Shown: positions 1-20,853 of the stretch, in pieces | Layout of the letters: the number at the start of each line of letters is the position of its first letter | Numbering within the stretch: position 1 is the stretch's first letter | Notes under the pieces: model-generated | Told to the model about the DNA's origin: nothing | The model's database searches: none | The model's input: the letters and a program-made list of their open reading frames with translations, nothing else | Position numbers and translations under genes: made by a program | From: the human T2T-CHM13v2.0 reference genome, Homo sapiens | Strand: one strand, 5' to 3' | NCBI RefSeq assembly: GCF_009914755.1 | Contig: NC_060941.1 | DNA: 64,000 nt

Positions 1-286
<286 letters not shown>

Positions 287-1179
287 TGATCTACCCACCT
301 CAGCCTCCTAAAGTGCTAGGATTACAGGCGTGAGCCACCGCACCACCCAGCCTACATAGACACTTGAAACGCTCCACAATTTATGACAAAACCTGCTCTT
401 CCTGCTCTTTCCATATATTGGTAATGATATTTTCAATGACACATTGCTCATGCGAGACACCAAGTATATATAATCTTTGACCACTTCATACCTTACTCCC
501 TAACCTCACTTTTAATCCATAACTGTATTGTGCCCTTCCTCTTCTGAAATACTAGTGAGAGCTGCCTATCTCTCTCCATCTCCACTATCACCCTACTTAA
601 AGCCAGCATCGCCTTTCATCGGGACCACTTCAGTCACCTCTTAAATGCAGTAGACCCCAGTTATCCATGGGAGAAACATTCTAAGAACCCCAGTGGACGT
701 CTGAAATGACAAATGGTACTGAGCACTTGATTCTGTTTTTTGCTATACATACATACCTATAAAAAAGTTGAATTTATAAATTAGGCACAGTAACAGATTA
801 ACAATAATAATAAAATACAACAGGCCAGATGTAGTGGCTCAAGCCTATAATCCCAGGACTTTAGGAGGCTGAGTTGGGCAGATCACCTGAGGTCAGGAGT
901 TTGAGACTAGCCTGGCCAACATGGTGAAACCCCATCTCTACTAAAAATACAAAAAAATTAGCGAATGTGGTGGCGCACACCCGCAGTCCCAGCTAAGCAG
1001 GAGGCTAAGGCACAAAAAGCAACTCAACCCGGGAGGTTGCAGTGAGCCAAGATCGTGCCACTGCCCTCCAGCCTGGGTGACAGAGAGAGGCTCCAACTCA
1101 AAAACAATTTCAAAAATTTAAAAAAAATTATAACAATCTACTATAAAAAAGTTATGTGAATGTGGTCTCTCTCAAAATA

Positions 1180-2108
1180 CAGTCTGCATAAAAACAACCA
1201 CATATACGATGGTGGCCCCATGAGATTAAATGGAACTGAAAAATTCCTATTGCCTAGTGACATAATGATGTAATAGCCATAGTAACATGACAGAGCAAAT
1301 TTTAAAATAAATTTAGTGTACATTAAGTGCACAATGTTTATAAAGTCTATGGTAGTTGTAGCAGTCCATTCTCTCACTGCTATAAAACTACCTGAGACTG
1401 GGCAATTTATAAAGAAAAGAGGTTTAATTGACTCATGTTCCACATGGCTGAGAAGGCCTCAAGAAACTGTCAGTCACAGTGAGAAGGGAAGCAAGTACGT
1501 CTTACATGGCAGCAAGCAAGAGAAAGAGAATGTGTACATAGGAAAAAAACCACCACTTTCAAAACCATCAGATCTCCAGAGAATTCACTCACTATCACAA
1601 GAACAGGATGGGGGAAACTGCCCCCATTATCCAGTCACCTCCCTCCTTCAACACATAGGGATTATAATTCGAGATGAGATTTGGGTGGGGATACACAGCC
1701 AAACGCTATCAGTAATGTACAATAATGTCCCAGGCTTTCACATTCACTCACCACTTACTAACTGACTCACCCAGAACAACTTCTAGTCCTGCAAGCTTCA
1801 TTCATGGTAAAGCCCTATACAAGTGCAATTTTTTTTTATCTTTCATATCATTATTTTAGGTGTACCTTTTCTATGTTTAAAAATACAAATACTTACCATT
1901 ATGTTAAGTTGCTTACAGGATTCAGTAATGAAATGTACAAGTTTGCAGCCTAGGAGCAATAGGCTATACCATGTAGCCTAGGTATGTAGTAGGCTATACA
2001 ATATAGCTTTGTTTAAGAACATTCTAAGATGATTGTGCAATGACGAAATCACCTAATGAGGTATTTCTAAGAACATACCTCCCTCCTGCATTACACAACA
2101 CATGATTC
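1180..2108 (+). mobile_element. Tigger3 (MER7/Golem) non-autonomous element
   Basis: TA|CAGTC...CATATACGATGGTGGCCCCATGAGATT...GCCTAGGAGCAATAGGCTATACC...CATGATTC|TA. Confidence 0.8.
1357..1711 (-). mobile_element. THE1/MST (MaLR) solo LTR
   Basis: Minus strand begins TGATAGCGTTTGGCTGTGTATCCCCACCCAAATCTCATC. 5-bp TSD GTAGT/GTAAT. Confidence 0.85.
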
Positions 2109-2384
2109 TACCTCACTGTACTCACCTATTTTCAGAGGGGTTGACCATGGGTAACTAAAACCAAGGGAAGAAAAACCGCAGATAATGGAAAATGGCTGTA
2201 GTCTCCAAATATTCACTCTCAACCAACTATCACCAATCTGCAGAATGAACTTTTCACAACACAACGAACTTCAGAAATGCAATCCAAATATACCACTGCC
2301 CACTTGAAAACACTTCAATAGGCCGGGTGCAGTGGCTCAAGCCTGTAGTCCCAGCACTTTGGGAGGCTGAGGGGGGACGGATCA

Positions 2385-2702
<318 letters not shown>

Positions 2703-3194
2703 TCACTTCATGGGCAACACTGGCTTTTTCTTCTTTCAATTCTATAAATTTGCCAGAGCTCATTCTCACTTCAAAGGCTTTTAACGGGTTAGTTTGACTC
2801 TAAATGGAATATTGTCATTCACTGTACCCTCTTTTTCAGCTGGGTAATTTCTATGTATCCGGCAGGTCCTTGCTTAAAGCCACTTCATCAAAGACAATGT
2901 CTCTGAATCTCCAGATGAGGTTAGGTGCCATATGATGATTTACCTATGCTTTCCTTCTTGGGATATATTACAATTGCAATTAGCTATTTATGTAATTAAG
3001 TTAACTCCTCTGCTAGATTAGAAGCTCCATTTCATGGCTGTAGCTACCCCTAACATCAGGCACATTATCTAGGCACAATAACTCAAAAACTACATGATGA
3101 AGGAATAAAAGGAACAAAATCACAAACATCCCATTGCTGTTATAACCAAAAAAAAAAGAAAGAAAGAAAGAAATTTTAAAAAGGTCTTAATTTT

Positions 3195-3503
3195 GGCCGG
3201 GCGCGGTGGCTCACGCCTGTAATCCCAGCACTTTGGGAGGCCGAGGCGGGTGGATCATGAAGTCAGGAGATCGAGACCATCCTGGCTAACAAGGTGAAAC
3301 CCCGTCTCTACTAAAAATACAAAAAATTAGCCGGGCGCAGTGGCGGGCGCCTGTAGTCCCAGCTACTCGGGAGGCTGAGGCAGGAGAATGGCGTGAACCC
3401 GGGAAGCGGAGCTTTCAGTGAGCCGAGATTGCGCCACTGCAGTCCGCAGTCCGGCCTGGGCGACAGAGCGAGACTCCGTCTCAAAAAAAAAAAAAAAAAA
3501 AAA
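3195..3503 (+). mobile_element. AluYb8
   Basis: Diagnostic 7-bp duplication GCAGTCCGCAGTCCGGCC and AACAAGGTG. TSD AAAAAGGTCTTAATTTT. Confidence 0.92.
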
Positions 3504-3516
3504 GGTCTTAATTTTA

Positions 3517-6467
<2,951 letters not shown>

Positions 6468-8726
6468 GAATCTAATCTGAAAGAGAAAATAGAGGTTAAA
6501 CAAACAAACAAAAAACAGGGCTTCAGGGACCTACAGCACAGTACCAAAAGGTCTTACATACATAACCAAAGGCCTAAAAAAGAAGACAGAAAGAATATGA
6601 GGCAGGAAAGGAACTTTTGAAGAAATGATGGCTGAAATTTTCTTCAATTTGAAAAAAGACAAATCCACAGATTCAGGAATCTCAGCAAACCTCGAATAGT
6701 CAAATGCCTTGCTAAAAAGCAAACACAGAGGGAAAACTCTTGAAGCACCAAAAGAAAATGTCACATTACACAGAGGGAACCATGACTGGATAAACGGCAG
6801 ATTTCTCATCATAAAATATGGAAGCCAAAAGAAAATAAACTAAAATACCCCTTGCTAAAAGATAAGGCACTGTCAACACAGAATTCTATATCCAACCACA
6901 ATGCCCTTCAAAAATAGAGGTGAAATAGATACTTTCAGGTAAAAGAAAGCAAGCACAATTTATCACCAAAAGATACGCCCTGCAAGAAAGGCTAAAGAAA
7001 TTCTTCAGGATTAAGAGAAATGATGCTAGAAAATGCAAATCTTCAGAAGACAAAGAAGACTACCACAAATGGTAAATATCTAGGTAAACTTAGATGACTT
7101 TTAGCTCTTAAGTTCTTAACATTACATGATTATTGAAAGCCAAAATTACATTGTTGTTTTCTGGGGCTTATAATGTACATAGTTCCAACACACATGACAA
7201 TAGCATAACTGACAACAAACAGAGGTGATATAAAAGAACAACTTACAAGCTTTGTATACTTTACAACTTGTACAATATTAGTCAGAAGTGGTAATACTAT
7301 AAAAACAGACTGAAAAGAGTAAAGAAATATATTTAAATTGCTAGAGAAATGTGCCAAAGAATTAAGTTGAAACCCTTCCTGATATTAAAAAATTAATTCA
7401 AAAGTGAATCGCAGACCTAAATGTAAGAGCTAAAACAATAAAACTTTAGAAAAAAACATAGGAGGTAAGTCTTTAGGACTTGGTTGAACAACAGTTTTTA
7501 GACATAACACTAGATAAAAGTAGAGGCAACAAAAGAAAAAATAACTAGAATTTACCAAACCTACAGACTTTTTTGCTACAAACAAAATCATCAGGAAAGT
7601 AAAAGGATGGAAGAAATATTTACAAGTCATATGTCTGATAAGTAGTTTGTATCCAGAATACAGAGCTCTTCCACTCAGAAATAAAAAGCTATACAGCCCA
7701 GTTAAAAATTGAACAAAGGGGCCGGGCACGGTGGCTCACACCTGTAATCCCAGCACTTTGGGAGGCCTAGGCAGGGGGATCACCTGAGGTCAGGAGTTTG
7801 AGACTAGCCTGGCCATCATGGTGAAACTCCGTCTCTGCTAAAAATACAAAAATTGGCCAGGCGTGGTGGCGGGCACCTGTAATCCCAGGTACTCAGGAGG
7901 CTGAGGCAGGAGAAGCGCTTGAACCCGGGAGGCAGAGGTTGCAGTGAGCCAAGATATCACACCACTGCACTCCAGCCTGAACAACAGAGTGAGACTCTGT
8001 CTACAAAAGAATATAATGAAAAAAGATAAGTAAAAATCAACACCACAATGAGATACTACCTCATGCCCTGTAGGATAGCTAAAATCAAAAGCCAAACAAT
8101 AAAAAATGTTGGCAAAGAGATGGAGAAATTAAAACCTTCATATATTGTTGCTGGTAATTTAAAATGTTACAGCCTCTTTGTCAGTTTTTCAAAAGGTTAA
8201 ACAGAGTTGCAGCATGAAACAAAAATCCTAGGCCCAAGAGAATTGAAAACAAATGTCTGGATTTGCAGACAAATGTTCATAATAATAACATTATTCATAA
8301 TATTGCAAAAGTATATACAACCTAAATGTTTATCAATTAATGAATGAGTAAAGAAAATGTAGTATAGCCATGCAATAGAATATTATTTGACAACAAAAAG
8401 GAATGAAGTTCTAATAAATGCTACAAAACAAATGCTTGTACATGATGCTAGGAGAAAGAAGCCACTCACAATACACCAAATGATTCCATTTATATGAAAT
8501 GTGACAAATAGGGATGGAGACAGAATGAAGATTAGTGATTGCCAGGAGCTGGGCAAGTAGGGTAATGGAGAGTGACTGTTAATGGGCCAAAGGGCTTCTT
8601 TTTGAGGGGATCCAAGTGTTCTAAAATTGATTGTAGTGACGTAGAGACTCTCAAAAAAAAATAGTGTATTAGCACACATAGAAAAGTAAAACTCAATCAC
8701 AAGGTGTCTGTAAGAAACACACTTTA

Positions 8727-9095
<369 letters not shown>

Positions 9096-9786
9096 CTACA
9101 TAGTAAAGAGAGGGAGGGACATTTCACAGTAAGTCAGACAATGAAGAAGTCATAATAATTATAAATGTATGCACCTAAAAACAAGGCTTCAAAATACATG
9201 AAGGAAAATTTGGCATAAGGCATAAACAGTCAGAATACTCAGTGCCCCAAACATGGTAAGATATTTTAGCATCCCTCTTTGTGATTGACAAAACCAGACC
9301 AAATAATAATAGTCATCATCATCATCTAGCAATGTTAAAACCACTATAAACATTCTTTTCAGGTAAACTTGGTGCATTCCCCATGAAAGACCACATACTG
9401 AGCCACAAAGCTGGACACAATAGAATGAAAATAATGGGAATCATACAGATTATGTTCCCTAACCACATTAGAAAAAAAGATATGAAATGAATGACCTAGC
9501 AGCCGGGTGCGGTGGCTCACGGCTGTAATCCCAGCATTTTGGAAGGCCAAGGCAGGCGGATCACCTGAGGTCGCGAGCTCAAGACCAGCCTGGCTAACAT
9601 GGTGAAACCCCTTCTCTATTAAAAATACAAAAATTAGCTGGGCGTGGTAGCGGATGGCTGCAATCCGAGCTACTCAGGAGGCTGAGCTGAGGCAGGAGAA
9701 TCGCTTGAACCTGGGATGCGGAGGTTGCAGTAAGCCAAGATTGCATTACTGCACTTTAGCCTGGGTGGCAGCGCAAAACTCTGTCA

Positions 9787-9913
9787 TAAAATAAAATGAA
9801 ATGAAATGAAATGAAATGAAATGAAATAATGAAATGAAATGAAATGAAATGAAATGAAATGAAATAAAATAAAATAAAATAAAATAAAATAATAAAATAA
9901 AATAAAATAAAAT
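9787..9913 (+). repeat. Compound (GAAAT)n/(AAAAT)n microsatellite in an Alu tail
   Basis: Direct reading. Confidence 0.9.
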
Positions 9914-10058
9914 ATGTAGGGTTCTACCTAAAGAACCTATATATAAAAGGGTAAAGTAAACCCAAAGTAAGTAGAAAAAAAAAAGAAATAGTAAAAATAA
10001 GAGCAGAAGAAATGAAACAGAAAAGTAACAGAAAATTTGAAGTCAAAGCTGGTCCTTT

Positions 10059-10684
10059 TGTCAGAGACCTCTGAACCAGAGTGCTTCTATCTTGAACAGG
10101 TGCTGGGTCAAATAAGGCTGAGTCCTGCTGGGCTGCATTCCCAGTAAGTCATGCATTCTAAGTCACAGAATGAGGTAGGAGGCTGGCACAAGATACAAGA
10201 CAGAAAAACCTTGCTGATAAAACAGGTTGTAATAAAGAAGGGAGCCAAAACCCACCAAAGCCAAGATGGTGATAAAACTGACCTCTGGTCATCCTCACTG
10301 CTCATTATACACTAATTATAATACATTAACATGCTAAGAGACACTCCCACAAGCGCCATGAGTTTACAAATGCCATAGCAATGCCAGCAAGTTACCCTAT
10401 ATAGTCTAAAAAGGGGAGGAACCACTAGTTCTGGGAATAGCCCACCCCTTTCCCAGAAAATTCATGAAGAATCCACCCCTTGTTTAGCATACAATCAAGA
10501 AATACTCATAAAAATGGGAAACCAGTGGCCCATGGCACTGCTCTGCCTATGGACTAGCCATTCTTTTATTCTTTTACTTTCTTAATAAACTTGCTTTCAC
10601 TTGATGAATCCGCCCCAAATTCTTTCTTGCATGACATCCAAGAACCTCTCCTTGGGGTCTGGATTGGGACCCCTTCTGGTAACA
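10059..10684 (+). mobile_element. MER41B (ERV1) solo LTR
   Basis: TGTCAGAG...GGTAACA termini, ~626 bp, colinear with the MER41B consensus including the AATAAA-CTTGCTTTCAC region. 4-bp flanks CTTT/CGTT. Confidence 0.9.
10429..10458. promoter_or_regulatory. Tandem GAS (STAT) motifs within MER41B
   Basis: TTCTGGGAA (10429-10437) and TTCCCAGAA (10450-10458), both fitting TTCN3GAA. Activity is not shown by the sequence. Confidence 0.6.
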
Positions 10685-13219
10685 CGTTGGAAAGACCTAC
10701 AAAGTTGACAGTCTGCAAGCGAAATTAATTTATTTTTAAATAGGAAGAATACAAATTACCAAGAATAAAAGGGGAATTAGCTCTACGATCCCAAAGGTAT
10801 TGAGGGCCAAAGATTATTATTAATGACTTCATGCTAACTAATTCAACAGCTGAGATGAAAAGAAGAAATTCTTTGAAAACAAAACTTATCAAAACTGATA
10901 AAACAGAATATCTGAGAAGCATTTTAAGTTGAATTATCAAAATCCTTTCCAAAAAGAAAACTCTAGACTCAGATTTTTTCACTGATAAGTTCCTTCAAAC
11001 ACTAAAGAAAAAATAGCATCAATCTCACACAAACATTTCCAGAAAACAGAGAAGACAATGCTTCCCAAATCATTTTCTAAGTTGAGCATGAAGAATACCA
11101 ATGCATATGCCAAAAATACCAGCACCTGACAAAAAGCAGCAAGGTTACACCAAAATCCCTCACATACAAAGATGCGCAAATATTTACTATTAGCAATTTA
11201 AATCCAACAATATATTAAGAGGAATAGGCCAGTTGCGATGGCTCACACAGATTACGAAAGTAATCCTGGCACTTTTGGAGGCCAAGGCGGGAGGATCACT
11301 TGAGGTCAGGAGACCTGCCTGGCCAACATGGTGAAACCTTGTCTCCACGAAAAAAATTAGCTGCTCATGGTGGCACATGCCTGTAATCCCAGCTACTCCG
11401 GAGGCTGAGGCAGGAGAATCACTTGAACCCAGGAGGCGGAGGTTATAGTGAGCAGAGATTGTGCCACTGTACCCATCTCCAAAAAAATAATAATAATAAT
11501 AATACACCATGACACCAAATGGCATTTAGTATAACATTTGAAAATAAAACAATGAAATTTACATTAATATATTTAAATATATAGCATTATCTCAATAGAT
11601 ACAGAAAAAGCTTCTGAGAAAACTCAATATCCATTCAGGACATAAACCCTCAGGAAGCTAGGGCTAGACCTTACTCAACTGTGTATTCTCCATGGCATGG
11701 CATGATTATTCCTCTTAGGGTCTGTGACTATAACTATCTTTTCAATGGCAGTTATGTTGGGTTCTGTTGTCCTTGTCATATCTAAACAGTAATAAAACCT
11801 ATATTTGAAAACAATCTGATAAAGTTCATCAATAAAACCCCTACAGCTGACTTATAATTAGTGGTGTAACACTGAATGCTGTATTCAAAGAATGAAAACA
11901 AGATTAAGTCAATTCTGTGAGGGAAGAGAATAAAAGGCATTACAACTAGGGAAAAAAAGAGATAAAACTGTGTTTTATGACAATCATCTATTAGAAAAAT
12001 CTAAGAAATGTACCTAAAAAAACTCGTAGAATTAATATGACTTAAGGTTGTAAGAAACGGGTCAATATACAAAAATTCTATTTCCAACAAAAAATTAGAA
12101 ATTTTTATAATACTTCATAATTGCTGAAAAAGTATTTAATATTTTAAAATACAAATAGCATCAAAAAAAGACAAAATACTTAAAAATAAAAATAATTTTA
12201 GGCCAGGCGTGGTGGCTCATGCCTGTAATCCCAGCAGTTTGGGAGGCCGAAGCAGGCAGATCATTTGAGATCAGGAGTTGACCAGCCTGGCCAACGGGGT
12301 GAAACCCCATCTCTACTAAAAATATAAAAATTAGTTGGGCTTAGGGTACATGCCAGTAATCCCAGCTGCTTGGGAGGCTGAGGCAGGAGAATTGTTTGAA
12401 CCCAGGAGATGGAGTGAGCCAAGACTGGGCCACTGCACTCCAGCTAGGCGACAGAGTGAGACTCTGTCTCAACAAAAAGGAAAAAAAATAAGTAATTTTA
12501 AAAACAGAAGACATGCGAGACCAAAGGCTAAAAGCAACAAACGACTGCTCAGACAAAACAAAAAAGACCTAAATAAATGGAGAGATATACTATACTAATG
12601 ACTAAGACTCAGTGGTTGTTAAGATGTCAGTTCTCCTCAAACTGATCAACAGATTCAAGACAATTACAATCATGATCCCATCAGCCTTTTTTGGAGAAGA
12701 CAGAAAAGAGATGATTAAAATTTATACGGAAATGTGAAGGACGTAGAGTATGCAGAACTTCGAAAAAGAAGAAAAAGGTTTTAGGACTTGCAATTCTGAC
12801 TTCAAGACAATATAAAGTTACCAAATAATCCGAATACTCTAACAGGGCTAGACAAACAGATTTTTGAAGCAGAATAAAGATTTCTGAAAGAGATCCCACT
12901 TAGGCAGCCACGCGATGTTCCCAAAGCAACCCGGTGAGAAAAGGAGACTCTTTTCAACAAATGGTGACAAACAACTGGATAGCCACATGCAAAAAACTCA
13001 GACCTACAAAAATAACTTCAGACGCATCACAGACCTAAATATAAATTAGCAAAAGCAAGCCCTTTTACAGGAAACAAAGGAAATTACCTTCAAGACTTTG
13101 AGGTTAGGCAAAAGTGTCTTAGCTCACAGTAAGCAATAACTACAAAAGAAAACACTGATAAATTAAACCTAGCAGATATAAATATTTCTGCTCATCAAAA
13201 GGTACAGTTAAAATAAATA

Positions 13220-13668
<449 letters not shown>

Positions 13669-16328
13669 TCATCACAAAAGAGAACACACAAATGGCCAAC
13701 ACACAAGCTAAAACGTGCTCAATATCACCAGTTATCATGAAAATGTAAATTCAAACCACAGTGATACCACTTCTGGTCAAGATGGAGTGAATAAAGGGGA
13801 CCAGATTTAGCCTCCTTGCGTGAAATAATAAAAACCTAATAAAATGAATGAAACAACAGCACTGAAGATATTGGACAAGTAACAAAAGACAGTGATCCCT
13901 GGAAGACAAAAAACAAACGGGCCACACGTGTGCCCAGCTTACTGCCTTGAGAGAGTTTTCCAGGTCGTGGAACAGGGAGGAGGAACCCAGGCAGAGCCTG
14001 TCGTCTCCCCAAGTTGAGGAAATGGAGCTGGAAGTCCAAGGAGGCCAAGGTGCCTAGAGCTCACAAGGGAGACCAGCACTGAGTAGAGAGCTGGAGAGAG
14101 AGAGAGAAATGAAGAGATCTACAAGGGCTCACCCTAGAACTTTTGGTTGAATGACAAATCAGCACTTGCAATGTAAAGGAGCTGTCCAAGGGCAAGGTGA
14201 GAAATCACCAAAACAATTAGACGTAATAGCATCCAGGACTGACTTAAGGAGGTGTATAGTACCCACACCCAAAAGTCCAAAAGGAAATGACGTGATATAA
14301 TTTATATCACATTGGAGATGTGACATTGGAATACTAAGAAAGAAAAGGCTTCAGAAGGAGGAAAAATTTAACCCTAAACACAACCCTGGTCCAATCAAGG
14401 AAAACATAAAAGACCCAACAGAAAGAAACTGTTTTCAAGCAACTTAATAATGCCACAGAACAAAGTCCACAAATATTTTTAAAAGGCAAACAAAACTAGA
14501 GAAACTAGAAAACAAGGTAAAATTCACACTGGCTCAAAAGTCAATCCAAATTTATAAGACTTACATAGAAGCAGGAAATTATACCCCATAATGAAACAAA
14601 AAACAAACCAATTTTGAAATGAAACAGAAAATAGAATTGGTAGACAAGTCCTTTAAAACAATTATGATGATATTTCATATGATGAGAAGGCTAGAAGAAA
14701 CAACATATTAAGTAAAAATATGAATTATTTTTAAAATTTGAACTTCTAAAGATGAAAATTACAAAGTCTAAGATGAAAAATACACCTTGAAATTTGCAAC
14801 ACATGAAATCAAAATTACTAACCTAAATGAAACACAGAAAAAAACACTAAAAAATGTAATACGTGATAATTGAAATAACTTCAAGAGGCCAAACATATTT
14901 GTAACTAGAGCCACAAAACAGGAGATAATATTGAAAAAAAATTTTTAGAAATCATGGCCAACAACTTTTCACATATTTGAGGGAAATTATAAGCATATAT
15001 AACAAGGCACTCTTTTAATGAATTATCATTCGCTAGAAACATGAAGAAAAGTGGCTGAGCGCAGTGGCTCATGCCTGTAATCCCAGCACTTTGGGCAGCC
15101 AAAGTGGGAAAATCGCTTCAGGCCAGGAGTTCGAGACCAGTGTGGGCAACGCTGCAGAACCCATCTCTAAAAACATACATACCCCCCCCCCCCCACACAC
15201 ACACACACACCACACACATGAAAAATGGCCTGGCATGGTGGCTCACGCCTGTAATCCCAGCACTTTGGGAGGCCGAGGTGGGCAGGTCACCTGAGGTCGG
15301 GAGTTCGAGACCAGCCTGACCAACATGGAAAAACCCCATCTCTACCAACAATACAAAATTAGCTGGGCATGGTGACTCATGCCTGTAATCACAGCTACTC
15401 GGGAGACTGAGGCAGGAGAATTGCTTGAACCCGGGAGGTGGAGATTGGGGTGAGCCAAGATCGTGCCATTGACTCCAGCCTGGGCAACAAGAGCAAAACT
15501 CCGTCTCAAAAAAAAAAAAAAAGAATTAGCCACGGGTAGTGGCACACACCTGTGGTCCTTCCAGCTACTCAGGAAGGCTAAGGCAGAAGGAGGTCAAGGC
15601 CATAGTGAGCCATGACTATGCCACTGCACTCCAGCCCAGGTGACAGAGTAAAAGCCCATCTCCAAAAAACAGGGTAAACCATGACCAAAATGACTACAAT
15701 CAGAAATTAAAATTCCAGTGCAGCCAAGAAAAAGATCTTATTACACACTACAAAATCAAAAGAAAGTTGAAATCGTTATAATACTATCATGTAAAGTGGA
15801 CAAAAATAAAAATTTTATCAGGAAAAAAGAGCATCATTTTATATACATTAAGGGTTTAATTCATCAAGAACACACAAAAATCCTAAACATTTATTTACCT
15901 ATTAATAACAGGGCTTCAAAATAAATAAAGCAAAAATGAGAGAACTGTAAGAAGAAATGAAAGAATCCACAATTATATTTTAAAATTTCAGCAAACCTCT
16001 CTGTGTAATAGAACCAGGCCAGGCATGGTGAATGACACTTGTTATCCCTGAACTTTGGAAGGCCGAGACAGGATTGCTTGATCACAGGAGTTCAAGACCA
16101 ACCTGAGCAACACAGGGAGACCCTGTCTCTACAAAAAGAGTTTTAAAAATTAACTGGGTGGGCCAGGCGTGGTGGCTCACACCTGTAATCCCAGCACTTT
16201 GGGAGCCAGAGGCAGGCGGATCACCTAAGGTCAGCAATTCAAGTCCAGCCCAGCCAACATGGTGAAACCCTGTCTCTACTAAAAATTCAAAAATTAGCCG
16301 GGCGTGGTGGCACACAACAGTAATCCTA

Positions 16329-16514
<186 letters not shown>

Positions 16515-17627
16515 CTACACAACCTACCAGAATACACATTCTGTTCAAGTGCATTTGGAACATTCACCAAGATATACCATATTCGGGCCAAAAAAAACAA
16601 CTCTTGGTACATTTAAAAGGTTTGAAGTCTTATCATGATTTTTTTCTTACCACTATGATATTTAGAAATCAGTGACAGAAAAAAAAATCAATAGGCAATC
16701 CCCATATTTGAAATCAAAACATACTTTTAAAATAACCAATGGGGGCCAGGAGCTGTGGCTCACGCCTCTAATTCCAGCACTTTGGGAGGTCGAGGCAGGT
16801 GGATCACAAGGTCAGGAGTTCAAGACCGGTCTGGCCAAGATGGTGAAACCCCGTCTCTTCTAAAAATACAAAAATTACCCGGGCATGGTAGCCGGCGCCT
16901 GTAACCGCAGCTACTCAGGAGGCTGAGGCAGAGAATTGCTTGAACCCGGGAGGCGGAAGTTGCAGCAAGCCAAGATCACGCTGCTGCACTCCAGCCTGGG
17001 CGACAGAGCGAGAATCTGTCTCAAAATATAAAATAAATAACATAACATAACATAACATAACCCATAACACCAAGGGGTAAAAAAAGGACAAATATATCAA
17101 GTATTTTAAGACAGTTAAAGCAGTGATTGAAAGAGAAATTTATACAATTACATGACTATATTAGAAAAGAAACAAATCAGTGACTTCACCTTGTTCCTTA
17201 AGAAACTAGAAGAGCAAAAGAAAGATCGAGCAGAAGTCAATGAAATAGAAAACAGAAAAATAGGGCACACTCAGTGAAATCAAAGGTTAGACTTACACTT
17301 CTGGGACGATGGAATGGACATACTTTTCCCTATTCCTCCCACTAAGTACAAATTTAAAATGTGAACATTGTAAATAAAACGAATATTCTCTGAAAGGTGG
17401 AGAGAAGGCAAATTAGCTCAGGATCACAGGACACAAGGCACAATATAGCAGTAAATTCCCTGGGTATTCTTCTTTTTGCCTAATGTATCCTACTCCTGGA
17501 ATGGAAGAAGTGAGTACATCAGGACACCGATGAACACAGACCAAAAAAAAAGAATCCCCAACAGGGCCCGGCGCGATGGCTCACGCCTATAATCGCAGCA
17601 CTTTGGAAGGCCGAGGCGGGTGGATCA

Positions 17628-17864
<237 letters not shown>

Positions 17865-18543
17865 CTAAAACAGTTGTTTAAGTAAGATGCATAGTCTCAT
17901 GACAACACAAAAATGCCCAGGTTTCAATCAAAAGTTATTTGTGATACCAAAAAGATATGAAGAATCCAGAAGATTTCAAATTGAATGGAAAAAGGCAATA
18001 AACAAATGCAAACATCAAGATATCTTAATTCTAATATCTCACAGATACATCAGAATTAACTGAAAAAATTTTTTGTTTGTTTGTTGTTGCTTTTTGTTTG
18101 TTTGTTTCTTGAGACGGAGTCTCGCTCTGTTGCCCAAGCTGGAGTGCACTGGCATGATCTCAGCTCACGGCAAGCTCTGCCTCCCAAGTTCAAGTGATTC
18201 TCCTGCCTCAGCCTCCTGAGCAGCTGGGATTACAGGTGCCGCCATCGCTCCTGGCTAATTTTTGTATTTTTAGTAGAGACGGGTTTTCGCCACGTTGGCC
18301 AGGCTGGTTTTGAACCCCGGACCCCAGGTGACTAACCCACCTTGGCCTCCCAAAAACAATTTTTAGGCCGGGCATGGTGGCTCACGCCTGTAATCTCATC
18401 ACTTTGGGAGGCCGAGGTGGGTGGATCACCTCAGGTCTGGAGTTGGAGAACAACAGCCTGACCAACATGGACAAACTCCGTCTCTACTAAAAATACAAAC
18501 TTAGCCGGGCATGGTGGCACATGCCTGTAATCCCAGCTACTTA

Positions 18544-18648
<105 letters not shown>

Positions 18649-18858
18649 TCAAAAAAGAAGAAAAAAAAATTCAGCGGAACAAATATCCAAACCATATCAA
18701 TGAACTAAAATAAGCAGATATAAAATACAATAAAGAAAAATGGTTTTGGCGTAGTGAATTGGGGTAGAAAAAAAATACGACAAGAAAAATGGGATTCCAA
18801 AAATGTTCAAGTAACTCAAAAGAAAGCAGGAAAAAGAACAATCAAAAAACTAAAACTA

Positions 18859-19137
<279 letters not shown>

Positions 19138-19139
19138 TC

Positions 19140-19172
<33 letters not shown>

Positions 19173-19302
19173 TCTGACAACATCTGTAAGTATGTAAATG
19201 GCCCAAATACCTAAAAACAGCAAATAAAAGACAAAAACTGGCCAGGTGCAATGGCTCACAACCATAATCCAAGCACTTTGGGAGGCTGAGGAGAGCAGAT
19301 CA

Positions 19303-19566
<264 letters not shown>

Positions 19567-19575
19567 CTAGATTTA

Positions 19576-19952
<377 letters not shown>

Positions 19953-20011
19953 TCAAGAGGTCAAGTGTTCGAGACCAGCTTGGTCAACATAGTGAAACCC
20001 GGTTTCTACTA

Positions 20012-20239
<228 letters not shown>

Positions 20240-20622
20240 TTACTTCGAATATAACAATCTAAGCACATTGAAAGCAAAAAAAAAAAAAAAATTCAAAAGG
20301 TATATGATGCAACCATTCACTAAGGAAAAGTGGATGACTATATTAATATCAGAAACAGTATACTTCAGAGCAAAGAAAAAGTACTAGAGACTAAGAAGGA
20401 AATTATTTATTGAGAGAGGGGTCAATCCACCAAGAGGACATAACATTCCTAAATGTGTATGCAGCAAAAAACCAGACTACGAAATCTGTGAAAGAAAACC
20501 TGATGGAACAGAATGAAGAAATACACAAATCCACTATAGAGACTTCAGTATTTCTCTGTAACAACTGTTAAAACTATACATATGATCACAGCAAGAGTAT
20601 TTACTTCAACCCCATGAACTAA

Positions 20623-20853
<231 letters not shown>

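Larger units (their letters stand above)
648..2198 (-). mobile_element. MER44A-type (Tigger7 family) DNA transposon, interrupted by an Alu (~823-1130) and Tigger3
   Basis: CAGTAG.CCCC..TTATCC terminus at 648. The opposite end is at 2109-2198 followed by TA. Confidence 0.75.
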
